A stretch of DNA of 62,090 nucleotides, the filler included, from Choristocarpus tenellus KU-1152 (taxonomy: Eukaryota; Protista; Phaeophyceae), in assembly GCA_964200185.2 (NCBI GenBank). It is 12 parts of 12 records of this genome, joined end to end, with 100 filler letters (N's around TTAATTAATTAA, not from the genome) between each part and the next. Parts side by side here need not be neighbours in the genome. Positions count along the whole stretch, not along the records: positions 1 to 2,975 come from CAXNAD020023233.1; positions 3,076 to 6,914 come from CAXNAD020017641.1; positions 7,015 to 13,195 come from CAXNAD020008744.1; 9 more parts are not named here. One strand, 5' to 3'. Of the stretch, positions 1 to 13,135 are shown piece after piece. The notes beneath the pieces are model-generated. The model saw only the letters and a list, made by a program, of their open reading frames with translations, was not told where the DNA came from and ran no database searches. Both the position numbers and the translations under genes were made by a program. Every line of letters begins with the position of its first letter. The first letter of the stretch is position 1.

Positions 1-1020
1 TGGCCATTCTTCCCGCAGCTGTAACACGGTCCTCCAGGCTCAAAGTATCTAGGGGAGGGGGGGGGGTCTACACCAGGGTGTCCATTCAGGCCCTGACCAA
101 GAAAAGTGCACTTATAATATCCATCCGATGCATGCAACCAAATGATCCAAAATCGCGACATGGAAAAATGGGCCCCAAATGGACAGCCACCGCCCCCCCC
201 CCAGATACTTTGAGTCTCCAAACGTACGGGAACTGAAATGTCTAACCAATCCACACTTGTCACATGTCTCTCGGGCCTTGGTTAGCCCCCTGGAACGGGA
301 TCCTGTTGTCCCAGGGGCTGTACGTTGACCGGTCGTACTCAGGCCGCCTCCTCAGCTGGCCATCTGGAAGCTCCTCATTGAACTTAGGGCCTTGGTGGCA
401 AGAGAGCTCCCTGGCTCCCCACGTTCAGCTACTTCCTGTTGGAGCAAGAAATATCTCAAGCGAGCAGTGTTTTGAATTGACGCCCTCGTACGTTCACACT
501 TATTATGATGTTGTAGATAATGCTTGGTGGTTTGATAGTCCTCCTCCAAACAGTCCAGCATGGCAATTTGTAGTACTTGTTCGGACATTTCATGCCCCAT
601 CATTGCCATCTGCCCAACCCAATCTAACATCAAAGCAAAGAGGTGACTTGGGGGTCGAACCCCCGCTGCATTTTGACGTTCATCACCTTTTTCTGGAGTC
701 GTGCTACTTCCTCATCTGAGTGAATGAGAAAGTGCTCCTTCAGTTGCCCCCAAGCCTCTGAAGATGATGCTGCATTGTGTATAATGCACCTGTAGAACCC
801 GCTGGTACTTAGCAACAGGACGTCGTAAGCTTTCTTGGCCTTGGTGACCTCTTCACTGACATCATCTCCCTTAGTGAATTCCATGTCACCCACCTTGATG
901 GATTTACCTCTCGGCTCCAATGCCTCATCCATATCCCCCTTCACACCGAAGAATGTGCAGGTTGTGGCGAACTAGTCGGCATAGTTTTCGTCAGTTGGAG
1001 GAGCTGTGTGAAACCCATCA
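1..1020 (-). mobile_element. Decayed Ty1/Copia LTR-retrotransposon gag (UBN2-like region plus two zinc knuckles), interrupted by a MITE
   Basis: Minus-strand translation AKKAYDVLLLSTSG...SSEAWGQLKEHF...EEVARLQKKVMNVKM (ORF 630-944) fits the Copia gag pattern. Removing the MITE at 37-216 and one TSD copy gives contiguous CDKCGLVRHFSSRTFGGPCYSCGKNGH (tandem CCHC-type knuckles). Frameshifts present. Confidence 0.8.
37..216. mobile_element. MITE family B, full copy (~180 bp)
   Basis: TIRs GGCTCAAAGTATCT+G-run / C-run+AGATACTTTGAGTC; 4-bp TSD TCCA (33-36, 217-220). Confidence 0.9.
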
Positions 1021-1649
1021 TAGGCCATGAGTGATGTGATACCAACATAAACCAAACCAGTCTGACTGCGCCTCCCCAAGCTAGAGTTTGGATTAAAGCG
1101 CGTAAGCGTGTTGAGAAACTTGGCGCATGCAAGTGTCGTCGCCGAAAGCTAGTAGTTGAGTTAAATGGTAAAACAAAACACTGAATATTAATTTTCAACT
1201 GGGTATTGTTCAATATTACTGTTGTTGTCCCACTATGCCACTTGCAATTGCCCATTGGCCCACCATAATGTGCGACTGTGCACGTCACTACTTTGTATTA
1301 TAACAAACTAAAGATAAATGTACATAAAACCTATGTTATATATTTGTATCAGCACAGATAACGTAAGGATAACACTAAGTTATTCGACAGCCTTCATCCT
1401 AGGCATCCCAATAAGCACCCACTTTGACAGTTTCACTACGTTTTCGAGTCCCGTCAAAGGAGACTTGGTCGACTTTGCACTGGTGATCCTCCATAGTCAT
1501 GACAGCCCACCATCTCAAGCTTTGCATGCCTTCCAATCTATATGAGACCTAAGCCTTGTCAAGAGGGGGTTTATCACGTGAGCCATTCCCGGGCAAGAAT
1601 GGTGCTTGCAAAAGTTATTTTCATTTAATTCTGAGCGGAGGAAGAATGT

Positions 1650-2258
1650 TTAAATTTTCCAGTAGTGCTGTAATGATACGATAGAGCCACACATCAATGC
1701 AATAGTGGTGGTAAAAAGAGGTGGACATACCCAGTGTCTGAGTGTGGAACAATTGCTCCACAATATAAAATGGTGTGCATTCCGCGAACAAGTCCAGAAG
1801 TAAGCAAAAATAGGACCTGGCATACGGCAGAACCTACCATTACTTAGAACACGCCACTCCTGCACTTGATGAGTCCACCTCTCACAAACAAGAACAAAAA
1901 ACGATCAAATCCATCATTGAAGGAGGAATAACCATGTATATGTGTTGTGCAAATTTGTACCCTGTTTGTGCCACACCAAGGAAAGAGAACCTGAAATCGG
2001 AGAACACACGGGATTGATAATATGATTCTAGGGGCACAATCCCCCTCCAGTCATTGGGGCTCCGCCACCACATGAAAGGAAGCGGAAGGAAGAGGGGCAT
2101 CATTGGGAACTGCCACACTATCAATTAAATTAAAGTTTTTTTTTGTGAACAAGCGATATCTAGCTGCTGTAACCAGTTGCATAGACATATGGCAAATTAA
2201 TTCATTCCAAGAGACACCTGCTCTCCTTGTGTAAGAACCAGCAAACAAAAGCAATTAT
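1650..2258 (-). mobile_element. Heavily decayed Copia-type reverse transcriptase remnant
   Basis: Minus-strand peptides LLFAGSYTRRAGVSWNE (cf. RLVAxGyxQxxGvdyxE) and DFRFSFLG...IYMVIPP (cf. DvktAFLxG...iYMxqP) occur in the expected order. Weak, by-eye match. Confidence 0.4.
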
Positions 2259-2528
2259 GAGCCAAACCAACTGAAAGGTAGGTAGTTTCGGGTCCTTTTG
2301 AATTCTAAGTCATCTTTCTTACCCCGTGCAATACATCCTACATCCAATTTCATTGCTATAGTGTGCACAACATTGTACACAAAATTGATATCCCCCCTTT
2401 GCACACACACAAAGTAAAACCACAATTTAGCGAAAGGCTCTTTCTGCCATTACACAAAATGGCGCATTTTTACCATTCCTAAGGATCCTTAAAGTACAAC
2501 CTTGCCTACCTCTCGATCGCTTTGGCTC
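2259..2528. mobile_element. MITE family D, full copy (~270 bp)
   Basis: TIRs GAGCCAAA / TTTGGCTC; 3-bp TSD TAT; internal sequence homologous to 22497-22750. Confidence 0.85.
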
Positions 2529-2975
2529 TATTGACTACTCATCCACCTAGCCATGCCCTACACACACTGTCCTCTCTGAGTCACTTCATTGGAGTGATTG
2601 CTAAGGAGAAAAAAATGTTTCAGACAAAGCACATCAGGATTTTAGAGCCCCTTCCAAAGTCATCGGCATTGCATATGTAGGGAGGAAGTAGACATAACTC
2701 AATCTCCAACTTGTCTCCAGCAACCCTTCAATTTCCATACCAATCTCCCTGCCTATCACACACACACACACAGGACCACATAGACCAAAAAGAAAAAGAG
2801 GAACTAGTTCAAGACCACTATATACCCTTAGATTTGGGGACCGTGGACAAGAACGTTCTTCACCATGTTTCCAAAATCTCAAGACATATCAAGGACACCC
2901 CCCCCCACCCCCCCCCATCACAATACTAACCCACACCAACAAAATCTACTCCACCCTACAACCTCTTTATTGCAT

Positions 2976-3075
2976 NNNNNNNNNNNNNNNNNNNNNNNNN
3001 NNNNNNNNNNNNNNNNNNNTTAATTAATTAANNNNNNNNNNNNNNNNNNNNNNNNNNNNNNNNNNNNNNNNNNNN
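2976..3075. other. Artificial contig linker (first of 11; others begin ~6915, 13196, 16236, 25667, 28598, 37449, 41621, 46858, 49706, 59138)
   Basis: The same N-run + TTAATTAATTAA (stops in all six frames) + N-run, ~100 bp, each time. Confidence 0.98.
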
Positions 3076-3162
3076 ATGGATAATGTAAATGTACTTTTCC
3101 TGATTTTGGTCCAATTGGACACCCTGGTGTAGACCTTCCCCCCCTCCCAGATACGTTGGGTC
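3076..3162. mobile_element. MITE family B, partial (contig edge)
   Basis: CACCCTGGTGTAGACC + C-run + AGATACGTTGGGTC matches a family B end. Confidence 0.8.
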
Positions 3163-4072
3163 TTTGTGGAGATCTCTCACCAGGTTGAAGATTTTTCCCA
3201 CACTACTGTCTCTCTCTCTCTCTCTCTCTCAGAAATAAATGAATACACACAAACAATTGGGGTCTACAAATAGATAAGCTAATAATCTCTAAATCTTGGA
3301 CTTGTGGGGGTCTGCCTAAAGAAGGTGCATAACCCAGATTTATGACAAGAACGGCCATAGATTAGTCGGAAACTTATTTGTATACAAGTCAAATTTGATT
3401 TGTTCCATTAATGCGAACATGTTGTACAATATGTACAACAATGATACTAGGAGATTACGAGTGGGGTGTCACCTCTATGAACCTGGGCACCTTTCTCTGG
3501 GCCTGTTAAACCTCTCGGGAAATTATTTTAGACAATCTTCCGCGCATACAGCAAGTTCAGAAAATGTTGCCAACTAATTCAACAAATCCTATACATAAAT
3601 CCTTCCATAGAGGAAGACATAACACTACCTATAGTTCAGTAGTATACCCTATCTCCTTCCACAAAACCAGTAACATGGACACCTGACAGACTCCAGGCTC
3701 AGCAGAACAGTATGACGATTAAAGAAACCGATGATGGTACCATTTGGTAGTACCACCAAATGACACATTGGTATTTTAAGGTGTCTCAGTGAGCTAGCAG
3801 ATAGTTTCCTGGATGAGCTAGATACGCACGCGGTAGGAGGGAGAGGAACTGGAGGATACGGCAGAAAAGGGGTGGTCAAATCCCGCCTATGACAAATAGT
3901 CTCAGTAACAACGTAGGTGGTCCTGTTTGGACGTGTCATGCATTTTAAGCTGGAGACACCAGGGAGATGGGCAAGGAGAGGCTTGTTAGATTCTTGGGAT
4001 GCTTCCCTAGCTCCTCACCGTGGGGTGTAGGAATAGCTAGGCTGGAGGCACAGGAGGCAGTGGTACAGCTTA

Positions 4073-4270
4073 GAGTGAAAGAACCTTAGAGGGTACGAGT
4101 TTTGCCCTGTTTATTTGTTTGGGGCTTGGGCTCCAACGGGTTTTTATATGACATTTTCCTACTCCGAAATGTTTCGGAGTAGGTAAAATGTGTAAGTTAT
4201 GAAAAGGTGTGTCCAGAACAAGGATGTTGACACTTCCTAACAAACACTTCCCTCTAAGATACATTGACTC
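4073..4270. mobile_element. MITE family A, internally deleted copy
   Basis: GAGTGAAAGAACCTTAGAGGGTA ... CCCTCTAAGATACATTGACTC; lacks about 60 bp of the right internal part. Confidence 0.85.
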
Positions 4271-7194
4271 ATAGCTGGTAGTAAAATAGCAAATAGATTT
4301 TAAAAAATTCACATTTATGACAACTGTTACTTCTTTAGGGATTTTTCTGACATGTAAATAGTTTCCATTGGTTTTTCCCCTGACACATACATCTACAAAA
4401 TGTCAGAGGGCAATATTACTATTTTAAGGGTAGAAGTGATTTTCCAAAATCGCCAAAATACGTATTGGCCGAAATATCTGGAATTGGCCTCAAAACCGTT
4501 GCCCCAAAGATTTCCTAATATAATATTTTAGTATTTGGTATGCTGACAAAGCCAATCCCTCCATAATTCAATTCTGCCAGGAATCCTTCACCTTAGTAAA
4601 AATGCTCCGTACAAATCCTAAAAGCTCCATGAGAAAAAAACTACTGCCTTCAAATCCCTCCAAAAAACCTTGCCAAGGCTCAATCGATATTATGTTTCTA
4701 CTATCTGTGCATCCTTCAGCAATACCCCTTCCACAAAATACAACATACCAAGTACCTATTACAAAACCCTCTGCAAATCAATTTTGTTCTCAAATCCGTC
4801 CGTGTCAAAGAGGTGCAAAAATTATAATTAATTATATTTTGTTTCAAAGGTTACCATTTCCAAAAAAAATAAACACATCCCTTATTTCTTGCGACTACAT
4901 GGATTATATATAATACAAGCAACAATGACATTTCAATTTCTAATATATGAAAGGGGTCAAGATCTGAATGCTGAAGGCTAAGTACTTGGACTTCTGTCGT
5001 TTTCACCGTATGGTGTATGACACAGAAACTCTGCCAGGTTCATCTGACAGAATGAGCTTCACTTCCAACAACAACAACATTCCTTCTACCTTTCATTGGA
5101 TTTAGGATTCAGGAACACAACAATCACACACAACAACTACTAGGCTACCGTCCTATGAAGAGGCTCTTCTTGTGAAGATGTCTCGTGACGGTTACTTTGA
5201 CCCTTGACTCCCATTACCTAGATACTCTTGGCTTTACCTCACGCCCTCGATAGGTGAATGTTGATATATAGTAAATATCTACATCAAAACTTTGGTCCAT
5301 TCCGTTTCATGACATTATTGATGCCAGAAAAAAAAAACCACTACTACTGAGTCATTGCCACCTCATGGCCTTGAGGCACAAAATATTACAGCTGGTTTGT
5401 ATGTAGCCTTGGTGCATGGTGTGGGTGTGGATATGTCAATTAGTGGAATGGATGGCATCATACGTGGGGGAATACAATTGTATCAGCAGAGATTCCTAGC
5501 AGTGAAGGTCCTGCAAAACACTCTTGTCTGCCCTGTAAGGGTGTTGAGATTCTCAACCGCTAGCCCGTCACTTGACATCTTAGTTCACAGTTACACATCT
5601 CTCTAAAGAAAGAAACAAAAACTCGCCCACGGTCAATTCAAGAACTTGCACATATCAATCGATTGCCTGAGGGGGAACCTCGAGAGTGGTTAGAATCCAT
5701 AGAAAACACAGAATATGTAACTGCCATATGTCCGCGACTATGACGCATGGTACATGGCATTACAAAAATAAAAATAAACGCTGGTAGTAAGAAAACTACT
5801 CAACAGGTGTGGAATTGAGTACAAAAGGAAAGTATGTATCACTGTTAGAGACAACTCACCCGGGTTCACACATTTGTTATTTGACCGATAATTCCGACCG
5901 TCAATCACAGACGGCTAGCAGAAATCAAGCACAACAATATTATCTTGATACTTAACACGAGATTCCGCATGAACAAACATAACTACACATCTCTAAAACA
6001 AACAATAAAAAAACAGACCAAGCACACAAAAAAAACATAAAAAAACATCCAAAATTTACAGAAGAAAACGGCTACCCAATGAATGGCCTGGATCTGACCC
6101 AACATCTCGCATTGACTGGTTGAATGAATGGGTGGTGAGGTGACGTCTCTAGGTACACCTTTATTAGAGAGACGTCTTACCCGTGCACTCCACAACAAAA
6201 CCCTCATGATGCCTACACAAGCAACTTCTTCAGGCAAGCGGAAAAAACATACAGGGTCCACCAACCTCAATCCCACTGCCTGCCAAAAAAGGGTACATAA
6301 ATCTTTGAAGGGATACAAAAATGGTCAACATCAGAACTTATGCTCCACTGCAAGCGCCCAACCAATACATGCCAGGATCCCAATGCCCAGCAAGATACCC
6401 TGCAAAATCCCACTCTGCCCTAATCCAACTTGTGATCAATATTTCCAGCTTTCAAACGGGGATCGCCCGCAGTCACTTTGCCAGTCCTTGGTCCATCTTC
6501 ACCTCTCAAGCTACCAGCTTGCTCCGTGCCACTGCCCACAACCCCTGATTCCCACTGCCAGCATGCTAGTAATCCTGCAGCTACAGCAGCCCCAATCAAG
6601 ACGTAGATGAAACGTCGAAGGGCATCATGCGCTATTGATGGGAGTGGACGTTGCATGTCCTGATTTCAATTTTTTGGGATCATTGACAACAGGGACACAC
6701 GCAGGCAGGGTGGGGGTGAGACAAGAGGAGGGGTGAAACAAAACAAAACAAAAAATAAATAAATAGAAAAAGAAAAAAATGTTGCGACGCCTTGGCACGA
6801 GCACGAGCGCATCACGTAATTTACACTTCCAATCATTGTACCTATTGTACTTGCACCCTTCTAAAGTCGTCGCATTGGCAGGTGAAAACTGTCAAAGTAT
6901 CTGGGGGGGGGGGGNNNNNNNNNNNNNNNNNNNNNNNNNNNNNNNNNNNNNNNNNNNNTTAATTAATTAANNNNNNNNNNNNNNNNNNNNNNNNNNNNNN
7001 NNNNNNNNNNNNNNGGGGAGGGGGGGGGGGGGGGGGGGGGGGGGGTAAATGATGTAGAAACTGTTGTTGTATTCATACGTGTTTGACCAATAGGAATGAC
7101 TACGTGCGTCACATTGGGCCAATGAGATCCATGGTGCATTGTGCACAATTGAATTATTTTGGTGTGGAGGTGTGGAGGTGTAGGGGTGTATTTA

Positions 7195-7272
7195 GTCATA
7201 ATAGTTAGTATTAGTGATAACAGTTAATATTAGTGATAATAGTTGATATTAGTGATAACAGTTAATATTAGT
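7195..7272. repeat. ~19-bp minisatellite (TATTAGTGATAACAGTTAA) x~4
   Basis: Tandem copies visible directly. Confidence 0.8.
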
Positions 7273-7677
7273 TCTGTGGTTCTGTTTTGTGTCTCCCGAC
7301 CTATTATGTGATTTTTTTATAGGCATCAAACCATCATAGCCCTCTCAGGTAGTGACCTCTAAAACACAAAAACAATCCTGGTGAGGCTGAAGTAGCAGCC
7401 TCCAAGCTGCAAAAAAATAAAATGAAAAAAATGGAGCATCTAATTAAGAGCACGTATGGAGCAATAAAATAGAAGTTCAAATTTTTGTAGAATGGTTTTA
7501 AAGAAGATGTGTAAAATATTTCAAAAATTTGGGAGGTGGTATCTTCTGCGTGAAGATTGGGGGTTGGGGAGGGGGCGGGGGCGGGGGGGGAGGGATTTGA
7601 ATNNNNNNNNNNATTTTTTTTGAAAATGTTTAAAAAAAAAGTTTTAAAATTTAGAAAAAGGTGGGGGGGGGGGTTTT

Positions 7678-7726
<49 letters not shown>

Positions 7727-8244
7727 GGGATTTGAATTTAATTGACATGATAGGTTAGGTGTTAATTAAGAGCCTTACACATTTTGTTTATCTGTTTAAG
7801 TTTTTGTTGTGTTGTGTGTGTACATGGTATTGTACTGTATGTATTGCACTGTATCATATGGTGTAGTGACAAGAGGACTGTCAATAGATAAGAGGATTCC
7901 ATTATTGGACTATTTGGGATTTCAGTTGTCTCAGTTGTGTGTGTATTCCGTGGATGGCGTTGTTCACTCCGTACAATTAATTCAAAGGAATGCACAAGGT
8001 CTGGTGATTGTCCTGCCTTTGTTTTCTCACCCCCAGTGCAGCTTGAAGGGACCCTACATGATGGGGCATTGATTTGTGACTTGAAGGGATCGGACATGGG
8101 TTCTGTTCTTGTGATCATGATCATCACCATTGGCATTTCTGTTGTTATTATTGCCATTATTATTTTAGTATTACAGAGTAATGGTTGTTTGTTACAGACA
8201 CTTTGATTAGTTGGTAGTAGTCAAATGTTTTTTTTTGTGTGTGT

Positions 8245-8500
8245 GAGTCAAAGCATGTAAGAGGGTGTGAGTTTGGCCCTGTTTGTCCGTTCGGTGCTTG
8301 TGTTCCCAAGGGCTTTTTACGCTCTTTTTTGGTTTTGTAACTGTGAAGACAGTTACATAAAATATATACGACTATGAAAGGTGTGTCTGGAGCAATGGTA
8401 TTTGCACTTGCTAACAAATACTATACCCGAAATTAATCAAAATTGCAACATTCAACATTCGATTTATTACCCCAAACGGGTGTGGTCCTGCCCTCTTATA
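8245..8500. mobile_element. MITE family A, old diverged copy
   Basis: GAGTCAAAGCATGTAAGAGGGTGTGAGTTTGGCCCTGTTTGTCC... is colinear with family A; right TIR eroded. Confidence 0.7.
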
Positions 8501-8761
8501 TGGGATTTTTTGGAGTATACATACTAATATAATATCGCATAATTACTAATACAGTACCACATACTTACTAATATAATACCACATACTTGCTAATATAATA
8601 CCATATCAGGCTTGATTTTCAACATGTCCTAATGTGTCAAAGAGACAGACTTCTGCTGCTTTTGGAATGTTTGGAGCATGTACATAGGTACGTACATATG
8701 TACCTAATATGTACCTGTGTGTTTCTAGTAACTGAAATTTTTTGTGATTTTTTTTTTGCAG

Positions 8762-8908
8762 GATGAGGCTTCCAGGCGTTTCTGCGAGGCAGATATTGAC
8801 ACTATCCTAGCACAGTCTTCCAGCACGTTACGTGTTGGGGGGGGTGACTCTGAGGCCAAGGGTACCTTCAGCGTGGCATCATTTGTGTCTAAAACTGCAG
8901 AGGAACAG
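8762..8908 (+). CDS. Internal exon of a CHD6-9/Kismet (CHD7-like) SNF2 chromatin remodeller, region just C-terminal to the helicase domain
   Basis: Polypyrimidine tract + CAG acceptor, GTATGT donor, 147 bp, phase 0. DEASRRFCEADIDTILAQSS...KGTFSVASFV matches the CHD7-type motif DEGSKFCEEDIDQIL...GSTFAKASFV. Confidence 0.85.
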
Positions 8909-9061
8909 GTATGTCTCTGTCTCATTCTCTTTGTCAATATCCTGTTCTCTCTGTCTTCATCCCCTCTGTTTGTGTCAGCATTTTATTTTATTTGTTGACA
9001 GGTTGCCTCCCTTGTGTCCCCCTTCCTGTCTTAATTATTATTATTGTTATTAATAATAATG

Positions 9062-9092
<31 letters not shown>

Positions 9093-9431
9093 CATCACTA
9101 TTATATGTATTGTGTTTTGTATTGCATACGATACCGTTGCGTAAAATATATCGTGTAAAATAATATATAATACTTGGTAAGTACATACACATTTTGTTAG
9201 TGTGTTTATAGCGGTGCTACAGTAGTAGCAATTGACTACTCTTGTTGTACTATAGTTTTATTAGAGTATTAGAGTAGAAAAAATAAAATATGTATTATAC
9301 TGTCATTATGTTATCACACCCCCATCCTCACGTAGTCATTTTTTGTTATTATTATTTCCCCCTTCCTTTCATTTTGATGATACTTTGATGATGCATTACT
9401 GTACCATTGTGTCATGCATTTTATCGACAAG

Positions 9432-9597
9432 GCTGGTGTGGGTGTTGATGATGAGGACTTCTGGGCCAAGATTGTGGCGGCAGTGTCAGGAGCTGCAAAA
9501 CCGGAGGAAGCGCAGGTGTTTGGTCGGGGCCAACGAAGGGGAAGAGGACAAGGGCCTTCCCGCCTCTCATACAACTCCCTTGGGATGCAGGAGGAGG
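9432..9597 (+). CDS. Next exon of the CHD7-like gene
   Basis: AAG acceptor, GTGAGT donor, 166 bp, ends in phase 1. AGVGVDDEDFWAKI (cf. ISLDDPNFWQKW) followed by FGRGQRR...LSY. Confidence 0.85.
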
Positions 9598-10211
9598 GTG
9601 AGTTCTCTGTATTGTAGTTTGGGGTGGTCTTTTGCTTACTGTTTTGTTTCTTTGATGGGGTGGGACGCATCCAAGTGTGTGTAACTGTACTGTGTTGATG
9701 TATCTTGACTCCGCTGGTGGTGGTGTCTGCTGGTCGATGGGCGTTGTCTTTGTTCTTTTATTGGTTGATGAAAGTGAGATACGTAACTGATACGTAACTG
9801 GAAAGAATCGATCAGTGAGATTGGCTCGTGGAGACTAAATCGATTTGCCTATTTTGCTCTTTTGAAAGTGAGGGCTAAATTGATCTATACAACGCCTAAG
9901 TGGTTAATATACCTCTTTTGAGAGTGAAGATGGTATCAGAAAAAGAAGAGGTTAATATATTTTATTGTCACAAGCGGAAGGGTTAGGGATGTTGATGTAT
10001 AGAGAAGATAAACACTCACATACACATACAACATGTAGCATAGATTCATCCCAATGGGGATAGTATGATAGTATGATAGAAGTATGATAGTATGATAGAA
10101 AGGCTATAATAATAACATTTTTAATATATCTACTTTTTGGAGGGGGGGAGGGGGGGAGGAGGCATTGTAATCTCAAACTATCAGGTGCATTTTTGTATAT
10201 CTTTATATAAT

Positions 10212-11668
10212 CAGGGGTTTTCACAGGGCTGGGCAATTAGCATGCCCACTGTCATTCATGTGGCTCTGGGTTGGTCTGTGGCCCACCTATGTTGAAGTAG
10301 TAATGGCCATGGACTTGGCTATGTTTGAACTTAGTTGTACAGGGCTGGGTGTCAATCCATAAATATTGAGGTAGTGATGGCTATGGAATTGGTCAAGTAA
10401 AGTTATTTGTACCAAACCAGCCAGTGACCCAGTCATACTATAATGATCCTTAGTCACTAAAGTGCTACAAGGTTTGATCTATATTTCTGACTGGGAAAGT
10501 GTATTTGACACCATACCACTCTGGTCAGTGACACCATACCCGTTCCTCCTTGTTCACTCTAAATACTTTCATGATCAAGTAAGGATTCTATGTACGTACT
10601 GAATATATATATATATATTTCTTACTATACAAACTGCTCTCTCTTTTGAATTCTGTTACTTATTTTTTTATTGTGCATCTTTTAAGAGGTTTGAGAAGAG
10701 CCGTTTGATGAGAATGAAATTTACAGAACACTTTCCCTTTCTTTTATTTATTTTGTTTTGATGTGTGCTAGGACAGCAATCAGCAATGTTTCTGTTACAC
10801 TGACAAATGTGAGCGTCCCTTTTTGGCCCACAAAAAATCCTTCAACAATTTATGTAAATTGGACCAATCACACGGTCATACATTGTTGCAAGGCCCAACG
10901 TTTCCAAGCATTTCTGCCCCAAAGAGAATTGACAAGAATCAGGTCATACCACTTTTGCTTATGGATGGGATAACCCAAGCACATAGTCAATGGAGTGTTT
11001 AAATTGTCTACATGTAGACTGGCTTTGTGGTGAGGGATGAAGTAAATTGTATGAAATAATCATTGACCAACATTTTTTTTTAAAGAAATTCAGTACATTA
11101 TTTTTATTTTATAGCAGAAGCTTGCTTGCTTGCTTGCTTTTTCAACCATTTTTGCATGTACCGGCCGAAAGAATTGGATGGGTCTACAATAGTCTACACT
11201 ACAATAGTCTACAATAGTCTACAATATTGTAAGAATCGGGCTGATTCGGGAGGTAGACCCATTTGACCCGTGGACTGGACTGGACTAGTACAACACGAAT
11301 TGGACATGATCTGGACATGCTAGAAAACATTAGACTAGAAACATTAGACTAGAAAACATTAGACTAGAAACATTAGACTAGAAAACATTAGACTAGAAAA
11401 CATTAGACTAGAAACATTAGACTAGAAAACATTAGACTAGGAAACATTAGACTAGAAACATTAGACTAGAAACATTAGACTAGAAACATTAGACTAGAAA
11501 CATTAGACTAGAAAACATTAGACTAGAAAACATTAGACTTGGTACAACCGGTGGGCATGGATCGGTCCAACACCTCATGGACATGATCCAGCCATGATAG
11601 AAATGTTAAGACCTGGTCCGGCTGGTGGACAAGACCATTTCAATTTGCCAGTGTGGTGAAAAGTCCTG
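10212..11668 (+). mobile_element. Possible non-autonomous hAT-like element in a CHD intron
   Basis: Imperfect TIRs CAGGGGTTTTCAC / GTGAAAAGTCCTG. Blocks 10235-10330 and 11265-11295 recur inverted at 15045-15145 and 13355-13385. No TSD found. Confidence 0.45.
11329..11538. repeat. 14-15-bp minisatellite (TAGAAAACATTAGAC) x~14
   Basis: Nearly perfect tandem copies that vary by one A. Confidence 0.95.
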
Positions 11669-12163
11669 CATTTAGTACTGCATACACACACATGTGAAAG
11701 GTCGACCTCTTCATGTGAAAGATGAAAGATGAAGACGTCCTTTCTGTCTTCTTTTTAGAGTTAGTTGGGTGGGGGTAACAGTAGGTTGATGGTGCATATG
11801 GCATAACTGTTGGAGGGTCCATTTTGTGTTTTGTTGGGGTTAGGGTTAGGGTTAGGCTGTGGGGCAGTAGGGAGGGCAAATGGTGCTGATGGAGAGATCG
11901 GAGGAGTATGTAAGGCGCGCATATAGAGGGGTATGGACAGACTACACAGATGCTATTGTGTGTTTGAATGTGCTCTGAGTAGTACTTCACCTTGCCCCTC
12001 CCCTCCCCCTCATGATCCTCTTCCCCCTTCTCGATTATGTTTTTGTTCTGTGCTGTTCTATTATTTATTTATTTTTGGGGGGGGGTATTGGGGAATTTAA
12101 TTTATTTTTTCTTTCCTTCTCTCTTTTTTTATTATTTGTGCTTGATTGTTGTTGTACGTGTAG

Positions 12164-12366
12164 ATTTGGATGACTTCAGCGACCATGAAGAGGGTGAGGG
12201 TGATGATGATGATGATGATGATTATGAGGGTGACCAAGATCAGGGAGACGCCTCCTCTGTGATTGGAACATCTGTTGGAGCCACTGACACCGGCTCTAAT
12301 TGTGGAAGGAAGCGCAGACGATCTACTGGAGGGGAGAGGGGATCCAAGAAGAAAGTCAAGTTCGAG
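12164..12366 (+). CDS. Third exon of the CHD7-like gene (acidic tract plus basic NLS-like segment)
   Basis: TAG acceptor, GTGAAT donor. The phase-1 junction gives E-D-LDDFSDHEEGEGDDDDDDDYEG...RKRRRSTGGERGSKKKVKFE in frame with the previous exon. Confidence 0.75.
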
Positions 12367-12790
12367 GTGAATGACTTTTGTTTGTCGTAAGTCAAGTCCT
12401 TTTAGACCTAAACAAGCGCACCCATTTGTATGTCCTCTCAAGTACTACTTTATGCTTCTATGCCAGTGGTACATCCTCATTTTTAAGGGATTTTTTTTTG
12501 GTATCATAGAAGATATTTATTACCTGTATTCAGATTTTTATTGGTGCCTGTCAGTTACAGGTGCATGTAGGTATGGATGATGTGTTGTCAATAACAAATT
12601 ATTATTGTTTGGTAGGCAGTACCTCCTTTTTGATTGGTTAGTTCACTTAGGTTGACTTTTCCGCCCACCACAGTAGTGCACCAGTAGGGGTTCAGTACCA
12701 TAACTACCCTTTTCATTTCAGGAATGTTAATTAAATACAGTTAAAATTGTTGATATTCTCAGTTTATTTTAAAGAGTTTTCCTAAGCATA

Positions 12791-13096
12791 CAGTGTCGAA
12801 ATGGGCTAAGAAATAATTCAAAACACTCAGAAAAATAAATTACATCAATTGGTGACTTTCAGCACTGCATGCAGAGCGAGCAACCCACGTACAAAAGGGA
12901 TAAGAAAACAACCATCAAATGGACCCCGTTTTTTTTTTTAATATAATTTTTTATCGTGCACGGAAAGAATAATTAGATACGTAAACGCTTACCCAACCTA
13001 GTTCCTTTTTAGAAGACTACAGCCTACGAACATATGAATGGATATTTTGTGTTGAAATTTCTTTTTATTTTGAAAGTATTGAATTGTTCCTCTGCA

Positions 13097-13099
<3 letters not shown>
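12791..13099. mobile_element. Possible Tc1/mariner-type non-autonomous element
   Basis: TA-CAGTG ... CACTG-TA termini; the TIR is short and diverged beyond 5 bp. Confidence 0.35.

Positions 13100-13135
<36 letters not shown>

Noticed and set aside
264-719. 151-aa plus-strand ORF, and most short ORFs in the track
   Set aside because: This one is antisense to the gag remnant; the others are translations of MITEs (recurring MSESILEGTSFALFVHLG), microsatellites or introns.
1033-1044. Minus-strand TGGTATCA as a tRNA-Met primer-binding site before the Copia gag
   Set aside because: Only 8 nt match and no LTR boundary could be defined.
6128-6610. 160-aa ORF with CPNPTC...H...C resembling a LINE C-terminal zinc knuckle
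   Set aside because: Spacing is atypical and no RT motifs are recognisable upstream; too weak to call.
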